Shown: one piece after another, positions 1 through 13,537 of the stretch
Position numbering within the stretch: the stretch's first letter is position 1
How the letters are laid out: every line of letters begins with the position of its first letter
NCBI GenBank assembly: GCA_000320545.1
Contig: ADNK01000183.1
Coordinates: 1 to 35,564, forward strand
Direction: 5' to 3'
Source of the DNA: Bigelowiella natans CCMP2755
Lineage: Eukaryota > Protista > Cercozoa
DNA: 35,564 nucleotides
Position numbers and translations under genes: made by a program
The notes under the pieces: model-generated
The model's input: only the letters and a program-made list of their open reading frames with translations
What the model was told of the DNA's origin: nothing
Database searches by the model: none

Positions 1-1343
1 CAGGCTTAAAACAAACTACGGATAATAAGAAGAGCAGTAGCAGGACTAGAACGAGGACTAGTACTACGTCTTCAAACGCCATCATCATGATCATATTCAT
101 CTTGATGATGATGCTCCCGAGCGATCCTCCTCCGTTTCATGTATGCCAAGGGAAGGAGGAGCAGATCATCGACGCCGCACCATTTATACCACAAAGGAGT
201 ACTACGAGATGGCTTGCAGGAGGAGGAGGAGGAGGAGGAGGAGGAGGAGGTACGACAACTAAGGAGGGATTCATATATAATGTATTTGGTATGCATTTGT
301 GTGTGTGTGTGCGCGCGCGCGCCGTTGTATTCATATTGAAACATCACCATTATATTTCTCAATGACGAACAAATGAACTACTGTTTCGTTGTTAGTAGCG
401 TAAGAATAGGAAAATATAATGACTAACTGTTCGCAAAAATGTGAAGTAATCAATCAAACAAGATAGAATATTTCACCCCTTGTTCTTGTATTTGCGTCTG
501 CTCCTTCCTCCTCCTTTTTCTTCTTCTTTTTCTTCTTCTTCTTCTTCTTCTTCTTCTTCTTCTTCTTCCAGAATCATGATCATCATCATCATCACCTCTA
601 CAATCGTGGTCATATTCACAATAGTAGCCTTCTCAACGCTTACTATCCTGTGTGTGTGCCAAACGCTACACCACCACCACCCGGATACGACTGGTCTTTT
701 TCGTCCAAATGGCAGCTTCTTGACTTTGTCAATAATAAGAATAATAAGGAGAAGAAGAGAAAGAAGAAGGGTAGCATGATGAAGATGGGCAATTGTGAGC
801 ACAGCAGCAGAAGCAGCAGCAGGAATGCAGAAGGGTGGCGGTTGGTCACACATTCTTCGAGAAGGATGAGGAGGAGGCGTATTTCTTCTCAGCAGCGAAG
901 AAGAAGCCATCATTATCATCATCATGAAGAAGAAGAAGAAGAAGAAGAAGAAGAAGAAGAAGGAGGCGTACGATTCCGTGTGTGGGTTCGAACGTGCGAA
1001 CCTTCAGTCGCCGCCGATATTACTGGTAATTTACAACAATAATATTTATATGTATGGCAGAAATATTACAATTTTACATTGTCGAGCAAGTGGGGGGAAA
1101 GGAATGTAATGATGGGTGGTACTGCTGCTGTGTTTACTGTGAATATATAATACAGTATTTCAATTCAAACCATGATGTGTACTGTGATAGTAATGATACA
1201 GTATGTCAATTCAAGCCATGATGCCTAGACTAATACATATTAATAAATTGAAGCTCTTCTTTCTGTATGGTGATGGTGATGATGGTGATGATGATGATGA
1301 TGATGATGGTGGTGATGGTGGTGGTGGTGGAGGCTTGCTACAC

Positions 1344-1381
<38 letters not shown>

Positions 1382-1775
1382 TTCCAAGTAGAAGCACAAA
1401 CATACTCTGCTGGCTGTCCATATTTTCAACATTTTCTCGATTATTTCTTGGAGCAAATGCGCTGGAATTTTATGATGACTATGTGGAAGATTATCCGCCT
1501 CCCCCCCCCCACAACTATCTCATCATCATCACCATCATCATTATCATCATCATCATCATGGTGGTCATCATCCCTAGCATTGTTTTCCTTTAGTTGGTGG
1601 GAATCGCCAGCAGCAGCAGCAGCAGCATCATGATGATCATCGACGATCATCCGTTATTAACGGAGGGCGAGGAGGGCACAGTAGCAGCAACAGCAACAGG
1701 CGTCGTCTGACGAGGGGAAGCTCCTTGTTCTCGAGGAAAAAGTCTATTGAGGTAATGATAATATCTAGAAGTGGG

Positions 1776-1807
<32 letters not shown>

Positions 1808-2110
1808 GCTTTTAGTAGTAGTCATAGGAGGTGAAGGAGGAGGACTATCAACAAATGATCATCACTGTGTTATTTGCATGGGGACATAATACTCTGCTTC
1901 TGCTGCTTTTCCTAACCCGCTCCTCCTCCTCCTTTTCCTCGTCCTTAACCAGAATGATCACGGCCTAATAATCATATCTGCTTTCTTCCAAAATAACAGG
2001 TTCTTGCTCCTTTGGAACGTGCAATTCGTGCAGCGTGTGGCAAAGTTTCCAGGGTGCTACTACTTTAAAATGTTACATAGTAGTAAGGATATACGAGATA
2101 AGCTATATTA
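1..2110 (+). CDS. Probable multi-exon gene fragment, product unknown (low-complexity, hydrophobic segments); may be separate from, or the 5' part of, the downstream Sec6-like gene
   Basis: Open stretches bounded by AG/GT sites: ~3-288 (…NAIIMIIFILMMMLPSD…GGGG…FIYNVF), ~571-1025 (…AYYPVCVPNATPPPPGYDWSFS…EEEE…VRFRVWVRTCEP), 1594-1751 (GGNRQQQQQQHHDD…RKKSIE) and ~1828 onward (EVKEEDYQQMIITVLFAW). Phase could not be fully resolved and no family was recognised. Confidence 0.3.
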
Positions 2111-2135
2111 AACATTAGAGCAACACACACACATA

Positions 2136-2358
2136 TCACACATCACACATCACACATCACACGTCACACATCACACATCACACATCACACGTCACACGTC
2201 ACACATCACACGTCACACATCACACGTCACACATCACACATCACACATCACACGTCACACATCACACACACACACACACACACACACACATCACATCACA
2301 CATCACACGTCACACGTCACACGTCACACATCACACGTCACACATCACACATCACACG
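2136..2358. repeat. Heptamer tandem repeat (TCACACA/TCACACG)n interrupted by a (CA)n run
   Basis: Directly visible; about 28 units with A/G variation at the last position and a (CA)n tract at ~2263-2290. Confidence 0.95.
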
Positions 2359-2528
2359 CACAATATTGCCTGTATGTACATCCCCAGATGCGAAACAAGC
2401 GTTTATTGACCGTTGTGTTGTTTTCTGTTGTTTAAAACTGCAATGTTGATCTTTATTTCGTCCTACTTCTATCCTGTTAATGGGAGTTACGCCAACCACG
2501 GAGAGACCAGCCGCCTCTCGACTCAACA

Positions 2529-2635
2529 ATGGCAGTAATTCGGGAGTTTGGAGATGCATGCAAGCGATTAGGCGATGCACTAGTTTCTGGGCAGCTCATG
2601 AGAGATCTCCAAGGTTAGTAACTTCTTAGTAGATA

Positions 2636-2670
<35 letters not shown>

Positions 2671-2794
2671 TAATACACGCAGCTGGAGTACTGAAATATA
2701 TGATGAGGAGTAGATGTGCTGATAGTGGGGCAATCGTCTCTTGGGGAAATGTTAGATGCGTATATGTTGTTTGTGTAAACGTATTTAGATAGAT

Positions 2795-2831
<37 letters not shown>

Positions 2832-3584
2832 AACACAAACCTTATTGATTGTGTGCTCTAATCATCAGGAATTTACGCATTCATTCCGGAGGTTGTGAAG
2901 GTGTTTCCATACACGTGGCAACTTCTTGATGAAGAAAGAACAAGGGCTTGGGGTCCATCATCATCATCATCATCATCGCTACCAGAGAGAAAGGCATCGA
3001 AGGATGTTTTAAAACACATTGGTGATAATTCCTCCTCCTCCTCCTCTTCCTCCTCCTCCTCCTTCTCCTCAATAGCAAAGAGCTACCAGCAGCTTCTGGA
3101 GGGAGTTGAGGTAGTAGTCGTCGTAGTAGTAACCATTATTTAGGTTGTGATTGAAATGTGGGTGGTGAAATGTGGTTAGTATCACTATTTAAAAAAAAAA
3201 GAAGAAAGAAAAAGCAACAAGAAGAGCTACGTCGTTAGATCATTTTTTTTCGTGTGGATGTGCCCATTCTCTGCAAGTAGCAGCAGCAGCATTGTTTGTT
3301 ATATTTCCATGATGGTTGTGTCCCCCCCCCTTAACTTTCATCGTAATGGTTGCCATAAAAATAGATGGATATGGATGGATATGAAGCTGCTATTGTTGCC
3401 TGCGGCTGTATGATTGATAATATCAGATCCTTGTAGATGGCGTGGAAACTCCTCTCAAGCTTCTACGAAAAGTCTCTAATCTCGTACCACAGCAACACCA
3501 CCACGGGGAGGGGATTCTACAGGAAAACAAAGAAGAGTACTACTCGTCGTTCCTGATATAATAATAACCGATACTAATCTTGTA

Positions 3585-3638
<54 letters not shown>

Positions 3639-3824
3639 AATGTGCATCCTATAGAAAAAGAAAGTGCGATGAAGCAAATATTGATAATTAAATTATTTAC
3701 TACTGCTACTACTAATACTACTACTACTACAACACTACTACTTCCACGACCAGATGTCTTGCATACATTCATAACCTGATATATCTCGAGACCAAATTCA
3801 AGGTAAAGAGATTGGTGATAATAG

Positions 3825-3855
<31 letters not shown>

Positions 3856-3965
3856 AATGTTGCAATTGTATGCGCACATACGATGATGATGATGATGATG
3901 ATGATGATAATGTTGCAATTGTATGCGCACATACGACGGTTGTTTTTAATTTGGATAGCACTCAC

Positions 3966-4045
<80 letters not shown>

Positions 4046-4599
4046 GGGGGGGGGGGGACACCAGATTTAAGAGAAAATCATAGTTTATGTACAATAATAT
4101 TAGTCTATATTTGTAGAAACATATTCCATCTTTTCCCATATTTTCCAAGTTGCATGTGAGGAGAACATCAGCCACACAGCACCTCTCGTTGGTGTTATTG
4201 CTTGATCTTAACCGAGAGAGCGCAATATATAGGCGGATATCGGTGTTGAAAAACGCCTATGCCCCCCCCACACACACGTACGCACACGTACATATGAATA
4301 ACCCAAGGTCCTCGATTCTCTATGTCTACAAATCGTCAAAGCGCGCGTGCATTTACGCGAAAAGGGCCTTAAATTTCGCGTTGCGAGGGATGAACCAGTC
4401 GTGAGGGAACGTGGTGGTAGTAGTTTTAGACAAAAACGTGGTTACTACTACTACTACAGTGGTGCTGATTCTTGGCGCAGTAGTAGTAATACCACTAGTA
4501 ATGGTAGTGCGGTTGCTAGCGACGCACAGTTAAGAGGTGGACTCCTAGCCCGGGTGAAGATACATCTTCTCACTTGTGCGAGAGATATGCTACAGGTAA

Positions 4600-4635
<36 letters not shown>

Positions 4636-5103
4636 AGGGCTTTAGAATTACTTGACGTGCGTGTGCATTACATCTAACTAGCACCTCAAGATCGTGATGA
4701 TGGATGATGAAACAACAACAGTTGTTGATGATTCTCGTAATATCATATCGTTGTGATTGAAGCTTACCATACATTCCTCCTCTTCTTAATGTGCCTCGCC
4801 CTCATTGATTTCTCCTTACGCATATCACATACACATATAATACAACAATCCTAGGATGCGCTGGAACGTGCGGTGGAGGATAAAATACGGTTGCTGGATG
4901 CAAAAGAGCAACAGAAAGGAGCATCAAAAGCACTGTCACTGGGAACGTTCCTCTCGTCCTCCTCCTCCTCCTCATCTGATGATGATGATGATAACGATAA
5001 TGACTGTTCTAATGGCAATGAAGATAATGCACTGGAAGGAGGGGGAGGGGATGATGGCAACTTAAAGGGACATAACAGCTGGAAGAAAGGGGAGAGAAAT
5101 AAG

Positions 5104-5136
<33 letters not shown>

Positions 5137-5323
5137 AAGAAGAAGAAAAATACGACAAAGCAGAAACGGCAACAAATAAACAGCAAAGGTATGGTGGCTA
5201 TCTACAATTGGTTTTCTGCTATTATCATATGTAATATCGAGCGATTAGTGTAGTAGTAGTAGTTACTTGGTTGAATAGTTAAAAGTAGCCAGTAATAATT
5301 TGCCTTGATGATACTCCTCTGAA

Positions 5324-5363
<40 letters not shown>

Positions 5364-7738
5364 TATATTTCGTATAGTTGAGACACTACTGCAACAGTTA
5401 TTTGTCGTGTCGCTGCACACAGATCATTTACCAGCAGCATCAGCCTCTCTTCTATTGCCGTATTATTGATTGCAAAAATAAATGTTCACGTAACGAGGGG
5501 TGGTCAAACAATCAGCTCGTATGATTGTTTATGTACACATTCCAACTACTAAATATTTTCTTCCTCAGAGCTATCACTTACAAATTGCCGTGTTTTTTTG
5601 AAGATGTCGCTCTAGGAAATGCTCGTTACTCGATATCATTAGAGCTGTCTCCAGTACTGCATACGATCTATTGTACAGTAGAGAACCAACTCAGGCAGGT
5701 ATTATAGCAGGGAAGAAGAAAGTGGAAGAAAGCAAAAAGGGGGTAGAGGGAGATACAACGGAGGGGTATTATTTTAATGACTGTCTTACGCTTAAACTCT
5801 CTATCTCTTTATGCTCACTATTAGGTGTGTTCCTCATCAGTATTGCCATTATCGTCGTCTTCTTCCTCGCATCATCTTCATCACCAAAACAGCTTCATCG
5901 TATCGAGAGATGTGGCTACTACAAGTTCGGTGAAAGGGAAAAACCTGAACCTGATGCTGCTGCAGCATCAGGAGAAGAAAGTGGTAGGTGATGATTAGCT
6001 TTCAAAAGAATGTAAAGTACACGCACAGTACGCACATATTTCACTGTCTATACTTTGTCATTATTATCTTTGCAATCATGCTCATTATGGGTTACTGTCT
6101 GTCTGTCTGTCTGTCAGGGGCTGCAACAACCTTCTTCTTCTTCTTCTTCTTCTTCTTCTTCTTCTTGGAATCTTGCCGCTAGTTTGGAGAATGCCCTCCA
6201 CACCCATATATTGTGCGTCAGTACTATAGTAGTAGTAGCAAGAGTAAATATGTGCGTATGTGCGTGTGCTCTCTTCTTCCGGGATGATACCAATGGTGCT
6301 GGATACTAGAATCATGGAAAATCATTATAATTAACATACACATCAACGAGAAAGTAATCGACACATCCATGGGGATATAAATAACAAGAAGAAGAAGAAG
6401 AAGAAGGAAAAAAATAAGAAAATGTTTGAAATATGTTTTCTTTTTTTGCATGTCGTTGGTTTGATCAGATATATTCTAGACGAGGGTTTTGGTCTCAATA
6501 TAAAGAAGCTGGTCCACAAGTCGTCTTCCAACAAAAATAAAACGGGAAAAAAAAAATCCGCTTTTAGTAGTTGTAGTAGTAGTAGTAGTAGTATTATCGA
6601 CTATGTAGATAGTCTGATGATGGGGATGCAAATCGACGCCATCACCGTGAGTTTTGCGCGCGAGGAGGGAGGAATAAGCGGTGCCAAAAATCTAGGAGTT
6701 CTCGTTGGTTTTTTATGCAAGTATCGAGACTTGATGGAAGAGCTGGTGGAAGAATTCGGACTGAAATTACTCTCAATTGATCTGCAGCGATTGATTCCCT
6801 CTGTGACCGCAAAGTAGGATAATAAGGAGAATCATAAGAAGGGGGTGGGAGGAGGAGGAGGAGGAAAAGCATATGTATAGACACACAACTGCTTGCGTAA
6901 GGAGGCTGTATAAGTGAAGATGAATACGTCCTCCTCCTCCTCCTCCTCCTCCTCCTTCTTCTTCTTCTTCTTCTTCTTCTTCTGGTTCATTATTTGTTGT
7001 TGTATGTCTGTTTGTTACCTATCTGTCAAGGTATCTCGATGCTATCAATCCTCGGATGCAAGCAGTGATGATGCAGATAGTTATTACAGAAAAACAGTTA
7101 GAGGAGCCTCCGGAAGAGACGAAAGAGGGCCATGTGTACGTTGAATTGCTCATGAATAATAACGAATACTACAGACACACAACCGCTTGAAAATTATGTT
7201 GTTTTCGGTTGCATACGTGCATCATGGCAGTGTGAAATGTGTGCGTGTGTGCGTGTGTGCGTGTGTGTGTGTGTGAGTATATGATGTTTGTATATTTCTA
7301 GGTATACTCATCTCGGGAACGACCTCTTCAGTGTTCTGCAAAAGCAGCTCAGCCTGGCAAAGCGAAACCATTTCACCAAGGACGCGGCTTCACAAATGCG
7401 ACTTTCCGCGGGATATCAGGTACTGCTATCGTGAATGTAATGTTGGTACCTGCACGGGGAGTACGTTGCTGGCTTTTTCAAAAGCAGCAGCAGTAATATG
7501 TGTTATCTTATTATTAGGTGTATAATGTGCAAAGTCTGCTTCTAGAATGGGTTTCTGCTGCGCGCATCAACTCATCTGATCAGACAATCTACCTTCCTGG
7601 CAGCAGCCTAAAAGAGGACAAGAAGGAGGGGGTAGTAGTTGTAGTAGTAGTATACACGACATGGTAGCAGTCACAAACCCTAATCCACACAATGAAAGAA
7701 TGCGCACTTGCTTCTATTGCATATTATTTTGGTCCGCG

Positions 7739-7802
<64 letters not shown>

Positions 7803-8290
7803 AGTGAGTGTGTGTGTATAGACTATTGCTCAGCAACACCAGCACCAACACCAACACCAACACCAACACCAACACCAGCACCGCGCCTTGTCATCTCCTC
7901 TCTTTTTGGCACATATATGTCTATGATCATCATTATCATCATTTTATAATATAGCCCTTTCTGTTATTTTTAGGAAGAGGTCAAGAAGACTGAGATGCAC
8001 ATTGCCGCGCTTATAAACACAGCAGCCTTCATTGAGAAACACGTACCCAGTCTACTCCTTCTAGCAGACGGAGAAAGGGGAAGAAGAAGAAGAAGTAAAG
8101 GAGGAGGAGGAGGAGGAGGAGGAGGAGGAGGAGGAAGAGGAGAAAAACAAGATGGAGACGAAAATGCAGAGATAACAGCCGTATCTGAAAGAGTGAGTTT
8201 TCTACATAATATGGATCTTGGCAAGCATGCGTTGTTTTGAGGTTTCTGTTAGGATACACTGTGAATCCTGCTACATATCATCATTCACAT

Positions 8291-8331
<41 letters not shown>

Positions 8332-8346
8332 GTCCAAAATGGGCGG

Positions 8347-8386
<40 letters not shown>

Positions 8387-9388
8387 AGTCCCTAAATCTC
8401 TGGAAATAAGTTTACTTCCATCTCTCTTTTATCCCTGTGAATGAATGAATCGTGGATCTGACTCTCCCGTTGCTTTACGTTCACGAATATTATGTAGCTC
8501 AAGCGACAGATCTCGGCACATAACAACCGAATCGTATCCGCTGCCTCTATGGTGAGGAGAGGCGCCTAAATTATAATTAGAATATACTAAGCTGGTTCAA
8601 TACTATTTTAAATATCAGCAGCTTCAGCAGCAGCTCAAAGATCAATATGATGATGATGATGATGATGATGATGATATCAATAGTCAGATATGAATGGATG
8701 GAATTAAACAACAACAATAACAACAACAACTCACACTTCTGGTCATCAGGTTCTCATGCGGCTCGTTTTAGAAACCCTCAGAGACCTGATGGGGAAGCTC
8801 TTCACTAAGCCACATATCTCTTCGGGAAAGATTGTAGGGGAGATTGTAGCAACTATCTACGACTATTTCTCGGATTTTCGTCGGTGATGTTTCTCTACTA
8901 ACCTTTGTATTATGATATGAAATATTACGTATGTGAACGCAATTCCAAGCTCAAAATTTGTCAGAAATTCAAGAAAGAATAGCCACAACATTTTCATGTG
9001 TTTGCTTGCATAAAGTGTTGTAATAGAACAGAAGCTCATATGGCGTATTATTTTGAAGAACTTCATGTTTACGACTACGACGTTGATTGTTCCTCCTCAA
9101 ACATATCTACTAATAAAGATGGATAAAGGAAAGAAGGCATCTGATGGAGCTGATGAGGAGCATTACTCGCCGCATTATTGCTGTGTATATTGAGGCGCTG
9201 ACGAAGAACCATCGGTCAGTGACATGGGACGATAACTCTCCTGCCTTGGTACGAATGGCATCTGATCGAAAGGATTTTAGGGAACTCATGAAGAAGGTTG
9301 GTTGTATGGAGAGTGAGAAGAAGAAGAAGAAGAAGAAGAAGAAGAAGAAGGGGGTCTCATACGTGTTCGAAAACACACGCACACACGC

Positions 9389-9431
<43 letters not shown>

Positions 9432-9980
9432 CATATATAGAGATACAATATGTGTTTAAATGTGAAAGGTTAAAAAGAGAGCGCTTGTAGGAGATTCTCA
9501 TGGATCACGCCCAGCCTCTTCATCATCATCTTCCGAAACAGCAATTATGGTAATAAAATTTAGTTTTGCTCATTCTTTCTATCATCACTATACCGACGAT
9601 ATCACCCCGTCGGTCATGGTTTCTTATCATTACGCTGTATTTTCTTTACACAAGTTTCCTTTGGAAAAAATGCTGAGGGAATATATTGTCATGTTCAAAC
9701 CTGAAGACCTATCTTATGTAACTATGATGATCGCAATAAATATCAGGCTGAAGTATTGGAAATAGACCTGGACATATTTGCTGTCCTTCGTCGCCTCTTG
9801 CTGGCAAAATCGGTGCCCAGCATAATTATAGAGTGCGGAAGTTACCTCCAATTTTTCATGGAAGCGGGGTACGACAAAGCTCAGGCCAAGGACAGCTTCC
9901 AGAGGCTTCTTGCTATAAAACGCTCAGTAGGGCGTAAAACACGCTTGACTGTCATGCAGGAACATGTGGACCACGCATGA
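2529..9980 (+). CDS. SEC6: Exocyst complex component Sec6/EXOC3-like, multi-exon; 5' boundary uncertain
   Basis: Hand-spliced exons from ~6469-9980 give …YLDAINPRMQAVMMQIVITEKQLEEPPEETKEGHVYTHLGNDLFSVLQKQLSLA…EMHIAALINTAAFIEKH…LMGKLFTKPHISSGKIVGEIVATIYDYFSDFRRWIKERRHLMELMRSITRRIIAVYIEAL…RMASDRKDF…DSFQRLLAIKRSVGRK…DHA*. This matches the recalled Sec6 motif order (PP…G.LYT…DLF..L..Q; L.A.IN; KL…..…V.T..DYF.D; V.Y…L; RM..D). Upstream exons (~2529-2611, ~2868-3110, ~3438-3537, ~3754-3802, ~4400-4594, 4855-5188, etc.) look coding, but their linkage is less certain. Confidence 0.72.
3824..3937. repeat. Tandem duplication of (GAT)n + ATAATGTTGCAATTGTATGCGCACATACGA (~54-bp period), followed by (CA)n(GA)n
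   Basis: Two identical copies of the ~30-nt unique core, at ~3853 and ~3907. Confidence 0.9.
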
Positions 9981-10139
9981 CGAACGTTTGTGATGTCACA
10001 GTTATGTAACAAAATTTGCAAAACTCAATCCGAATGCTACGTGTGTGCGTATCTTGCAAATGTGGGCATACCACTAGCCATGCTAGCATGCCTTTGAGTA
10101 AGTCGTGAAGATGTGCATGTGTGACAGCAAAGTCCGTCA

Positions 10140-11480
10140 GTGACGAAGCAAACTAGCAAATGTCACGCGAACAATTAGCGTGGAACAAAATGCAAATGAT
10201 TGTTTTTCGAGGACGAGCTGCGCGAACATTGCACGCTAGCACGTTCGAACAAAGTTCACGAATCCAGATGCTGTCTTCAAAATCGAGGCGAATGAATTTG
10301 CAAATGTTCAAACACATTTTTGGCCTCGTGAATCTGAAAAAGTCAGCATTTCTAGATCATCCAACATGTGTGCCTTCGTTTGCACATTGCGGTCCGCATC
10401 ATCTGCTAGCTAGCTAGCCATGCGCTAGCTAGCTAGGCATGCACGCAAATCATTCGTCTGCAAAGTCTGGAAGCTCATGCTTCTACCTAGGTGGGTGATT
10501 CCCACTCTGGCACTGGCGAACATTGCTAGATTGCTAGATTGCCACCAAAGCAAAATGACGACGAGAAGGAATGCGAATTGAACCAAACTAGAGGTTGCGT
10601 GATTCTCGAATGTTGACACAAAATTGTTCGTGAATGACACACCTTGCTAGCTTGACAGCTTGCTAGCTTGCTAGCTCGACTCAAACGAGCAAACACTGGA
10701 ACCCAGACAACTAGCTAGCTAGCTAGCTAGACACTCCCTAGACTTCCTTGGAGACTTCAGCTTTCTAGCTTTGGAGACTTGCAAACTAGCAAACATGTCA
10801 ATCTAGCAATCCATCCAGTAGCTAGCCATGCTAGCCTCCTAGCACTAGAGCATGCAAGACATCTCCAAATTTCCATGTCTAGACCTGTTAGCCATCTCTA
10901 GCTAGCTAGCTAGATCGCTAGATCTAGATGTGCTGGCATGCATCAAGCAGTGTTGTCAGCTCTAGAGCTAGTCTAGTAGTCAGCAGTGCTAGAGTGTGCG
11001 CACAGACTTGTCATTCGTTGCTCATCATTCCAGCATTCTGGGTTCTAGAATTGTTCGTCGTTCGTTCGGAACCGAATGGAAGCAGTTGTACAGCATTTCA
11101 AAGCACCTAGGTAGCTAGAGCACGTCTAGATGTGCATCGTGCAAAGATTGATTCTTCGCTAGCTAGCTAGTTCGGGCCACAATCAGGTGATTGCAAAATT
11201 GCAACAGAATCACTGCTAGCTAGTTAGCTCGAGAGCTTGAATCAGTCGCACATCTAGACATCGACACCACACCAGATCACTTTGAGCCAAAATAGCAATT
11301 CTGCACATGCAAGCTATAGCAAGATTGAATTTTGCATGCCAAAAAAATCCATCTTGCAACGACCCAATTTTTTGGTCCAAGAGAGTGCAAAAATCTTCTT
11401 CATGCACGTGGCAAATGAGCCTGCTGGACAGCTCTAGAGCTACACTGGCCATCCTAACTTCACAACGATGCATTTGAAAA
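10140..11480. other. TpA-erased, CTAG-rich intergenic domain (probable degenerate repeat)
   Basis: TpA occurs essentially only as CTAG, CTA or TAG (one GTAC exception at ~11088). Several (CTAG)n runs. No coding signal recognised. Confidence 0.85.
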
Positions 11481-11841
11481 GGCTATAATCATTCACAATT
11501 CATGAAAATTTAGTATTGTTGTGTGCGCCATTGTCACAGGTACAGAGAGGGCTGTGAATGTGTACAGCCACTCTCTGGACTAATTTATAGACAAGGCATC
11601 GGTATTTAGAGGTCAGCCTTGATCAATTCCGGCACCAATTTGTGACTAGGGAAAAATCTTTAGCCACTTCCGCAAGGGTGCTTGTATTGCGCTAAAATAC
11701 AATGAAATTTAAGTATGGCGTAGTTGCATGTGTGCAATGACGGATTCAATCACTCACATAAAGTACACTACTCATTGAAGGTTATCAGCTTTCCTAATTA
11801 CGCATGCTCGTTAACGTACCTGCGTTCTGAAATGTGGATTA

Positions 11842-13537
11842 CTATTCTGGAATGAAGAATTTGTCAATTAATTTTTGAAGGGGTTCCAGCTACGTAAATC
11901 AAAATCATAACTCAGAGAACACATTTTACAACATTTGTGTTTGTTATCTCTGTTGGATAATTCACAACATTTATCTTGTTATATCTGTTTACTGTTTTGA
12001 ATATGCTAATAACATATTGTGATTCTACGCAACAAGGTGGATATTACATCGGAATCCTTGACGAGATTAAATTCTTTAATGAAGAAGATGAAATGCTGAA
12101 CATTGTAAAACAAACAAGAAAATTATTGCTTGGAAAGATAGAACATATCAATATTATACCTTGAAACACGTGTTCAGGTGTGCTTTAGAAAGGAACAAAA
12201 CGAGAATTATCAAAGAATTTTGATATGCATCACAACATTTGGTGGTAAAGAGATCTCAAGAAATGAATCTTACCATTAGCGCCGAGACTTTTTATCTTGT
12301 CAAAGTGGACATGATATATGTGGGCATATACTCGGAACATCCTTTTGTACATCACCTAAAATACACTACATTGTAAATGGAGTAATATTTATTAATTCTT
12401 CGATATGATTCATTGATGAACACCTTGACTTGCTTCATAAATCCGTGTGGAAATCTTGCTCCTATTACAATAAACGATATCAATGCGTAAACAAAGGCGA
12501 GAAATTCTTTCCAGCATCATTATTTCGAAATACACAAGACGAGAGATTATGCTGCAGCACCAGGTTCAACAGGAAAGAGTGCGGGGTCGGCTATCTGTTC
12601 ACCAGCCTGAAATGATAAATAACAAAAGAATTTTATTCCATGTGGTACGCATCATTAAATTATCAACCCAAGTCAAAAGCTTGTCAATGTACTCTGGGGC
12701 AGACATTTTCGTAGGCTTCTTATACTGGACACCATCTTTGGAAGAATCATTCAAAACCATTACCAAACCAACAATACCTCTTTTCGTGTTCGCTAACCTT
12801 GCCAAAGATATTCATATCTATATACATCACAACACTTAAGTGCTTAATTCAACATCGGATCGTCAATAAGTAGCAAGAAATTGTACGTTACTTTGCTCCA
12901 GCTGACATTATCTTACAGGATGCTTTACATTCCAGGCAGTCTTCACTTACTGTCCCATAAATCATGGATGCTGGCACAAATTAAAACACTAAATCTCTTT
13001 TGTCATTATCTATAAATTAGAAGTTCAAAGGAAATTACCTGCATTGTAGAAATGTACAGCTGAACACGTAATATACAAATATCATTTCATCAATAAATAA
13101 GCTATCAAAAATAATTGTCACACACAGTGTATCAAAGTATGTTTCTCACTATTCACAGCTATCCATTCTTTCTTATCTTCTCCATCTGGAAGCTTTACTG
13201 TTTCTTTCAAATCACCCCCCCCTAGACATATTTAGGTTTATGATAATGCGCTCAAACGAAAGGTTAGGGCATAGCATAGCAATACCTAACGAAAAGTTAG
13301 GGCATAAAAGTACCTAATGTTGCTTTCATAGTAGCTTTGATTGTTTCATTTACTTGTTGCTGTTTCTTCGACAGCTATTTTGTTTTCACAATGAACGATA
13401 CAACATTATGTTGTTACCTAATGAAATTTGACCTTTGGTGGCTTTTTCATTGTGGCTTTTCCATTTTTCTCCCTATAGAGATGGAGCCGAAATTCATTTC
13501 AAATAAAAATGAAAAAACATCTTTGCTACCAGAACAT
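11842..13537 (-). CDS. MOB1: MOB kinase activator (Mob1 family), multi-exon
   Basis: Spliced product MFW|[13 protein letters not shown]|[21 protein letters not shown]|[23 protein letters not shown]…|…[23 protein letters not shown]|[15 protein letters not shown]…|…[17 protein letters not shown]…|AHLNTCFK|[16 protein letters not shown]|[15 protein letters not shown]. These are canonical Mob1 motifs. The start is inferred from an 8-nt first coding exon. Confidence 0.93.

Larger units (their letters stand above)
218..9430. repeat. Very dense microsatellite field: (GGA)n, (TTC)n, (GAA)n, (GAT)n, (TAC)n, (TAA)n, (CA)n, (GA)n, (TA)n, (CCAACA)n
   Basis: Dozens of di- and trinucleotide tracts in introns and exons, e.g. 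(TA)n at ~5326-5360, ~7741-7777, ~8296-8328 and ~9395-9427. Confidence 0.97.

Noticed and set aside
1857-2045. RING-finger-like DHHCVICM…AACG
   Set aside because: No usable splice donor joins the pieces and no downstream C/H ligands were found. The adjacent frame (EVKEEDYQQMIITVLFAW) fits the upstream GT-AG intron better.
72-9501. Numerous short ORFs with homopolymeric residues in the ORF track (poly-I, -M, -Y, -F, VCVC, ERER)
   Set aside because: They are translations of microsatellites on non-coding frames or strands.
9940-9980. Leakage of TpA mutation into the SEC6 C-terminus (…QEHVDHA*)
   Set aside because: Too short to be significant, and several unprotected TpA follow at ~10003-10110.
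10161-10639. Terminal inverted repeats of a MITE (tgtcacgcgaacaatt / aattgttcgtgaatgaca)
   Set aside because: Short imperfect match, no target-site duplication seen, and it does not coincide with the domain edges.
13264-13303. Telomeric TTAGGG motifs
   Set aside because: Only two isolated copies, explained by a local duplication.
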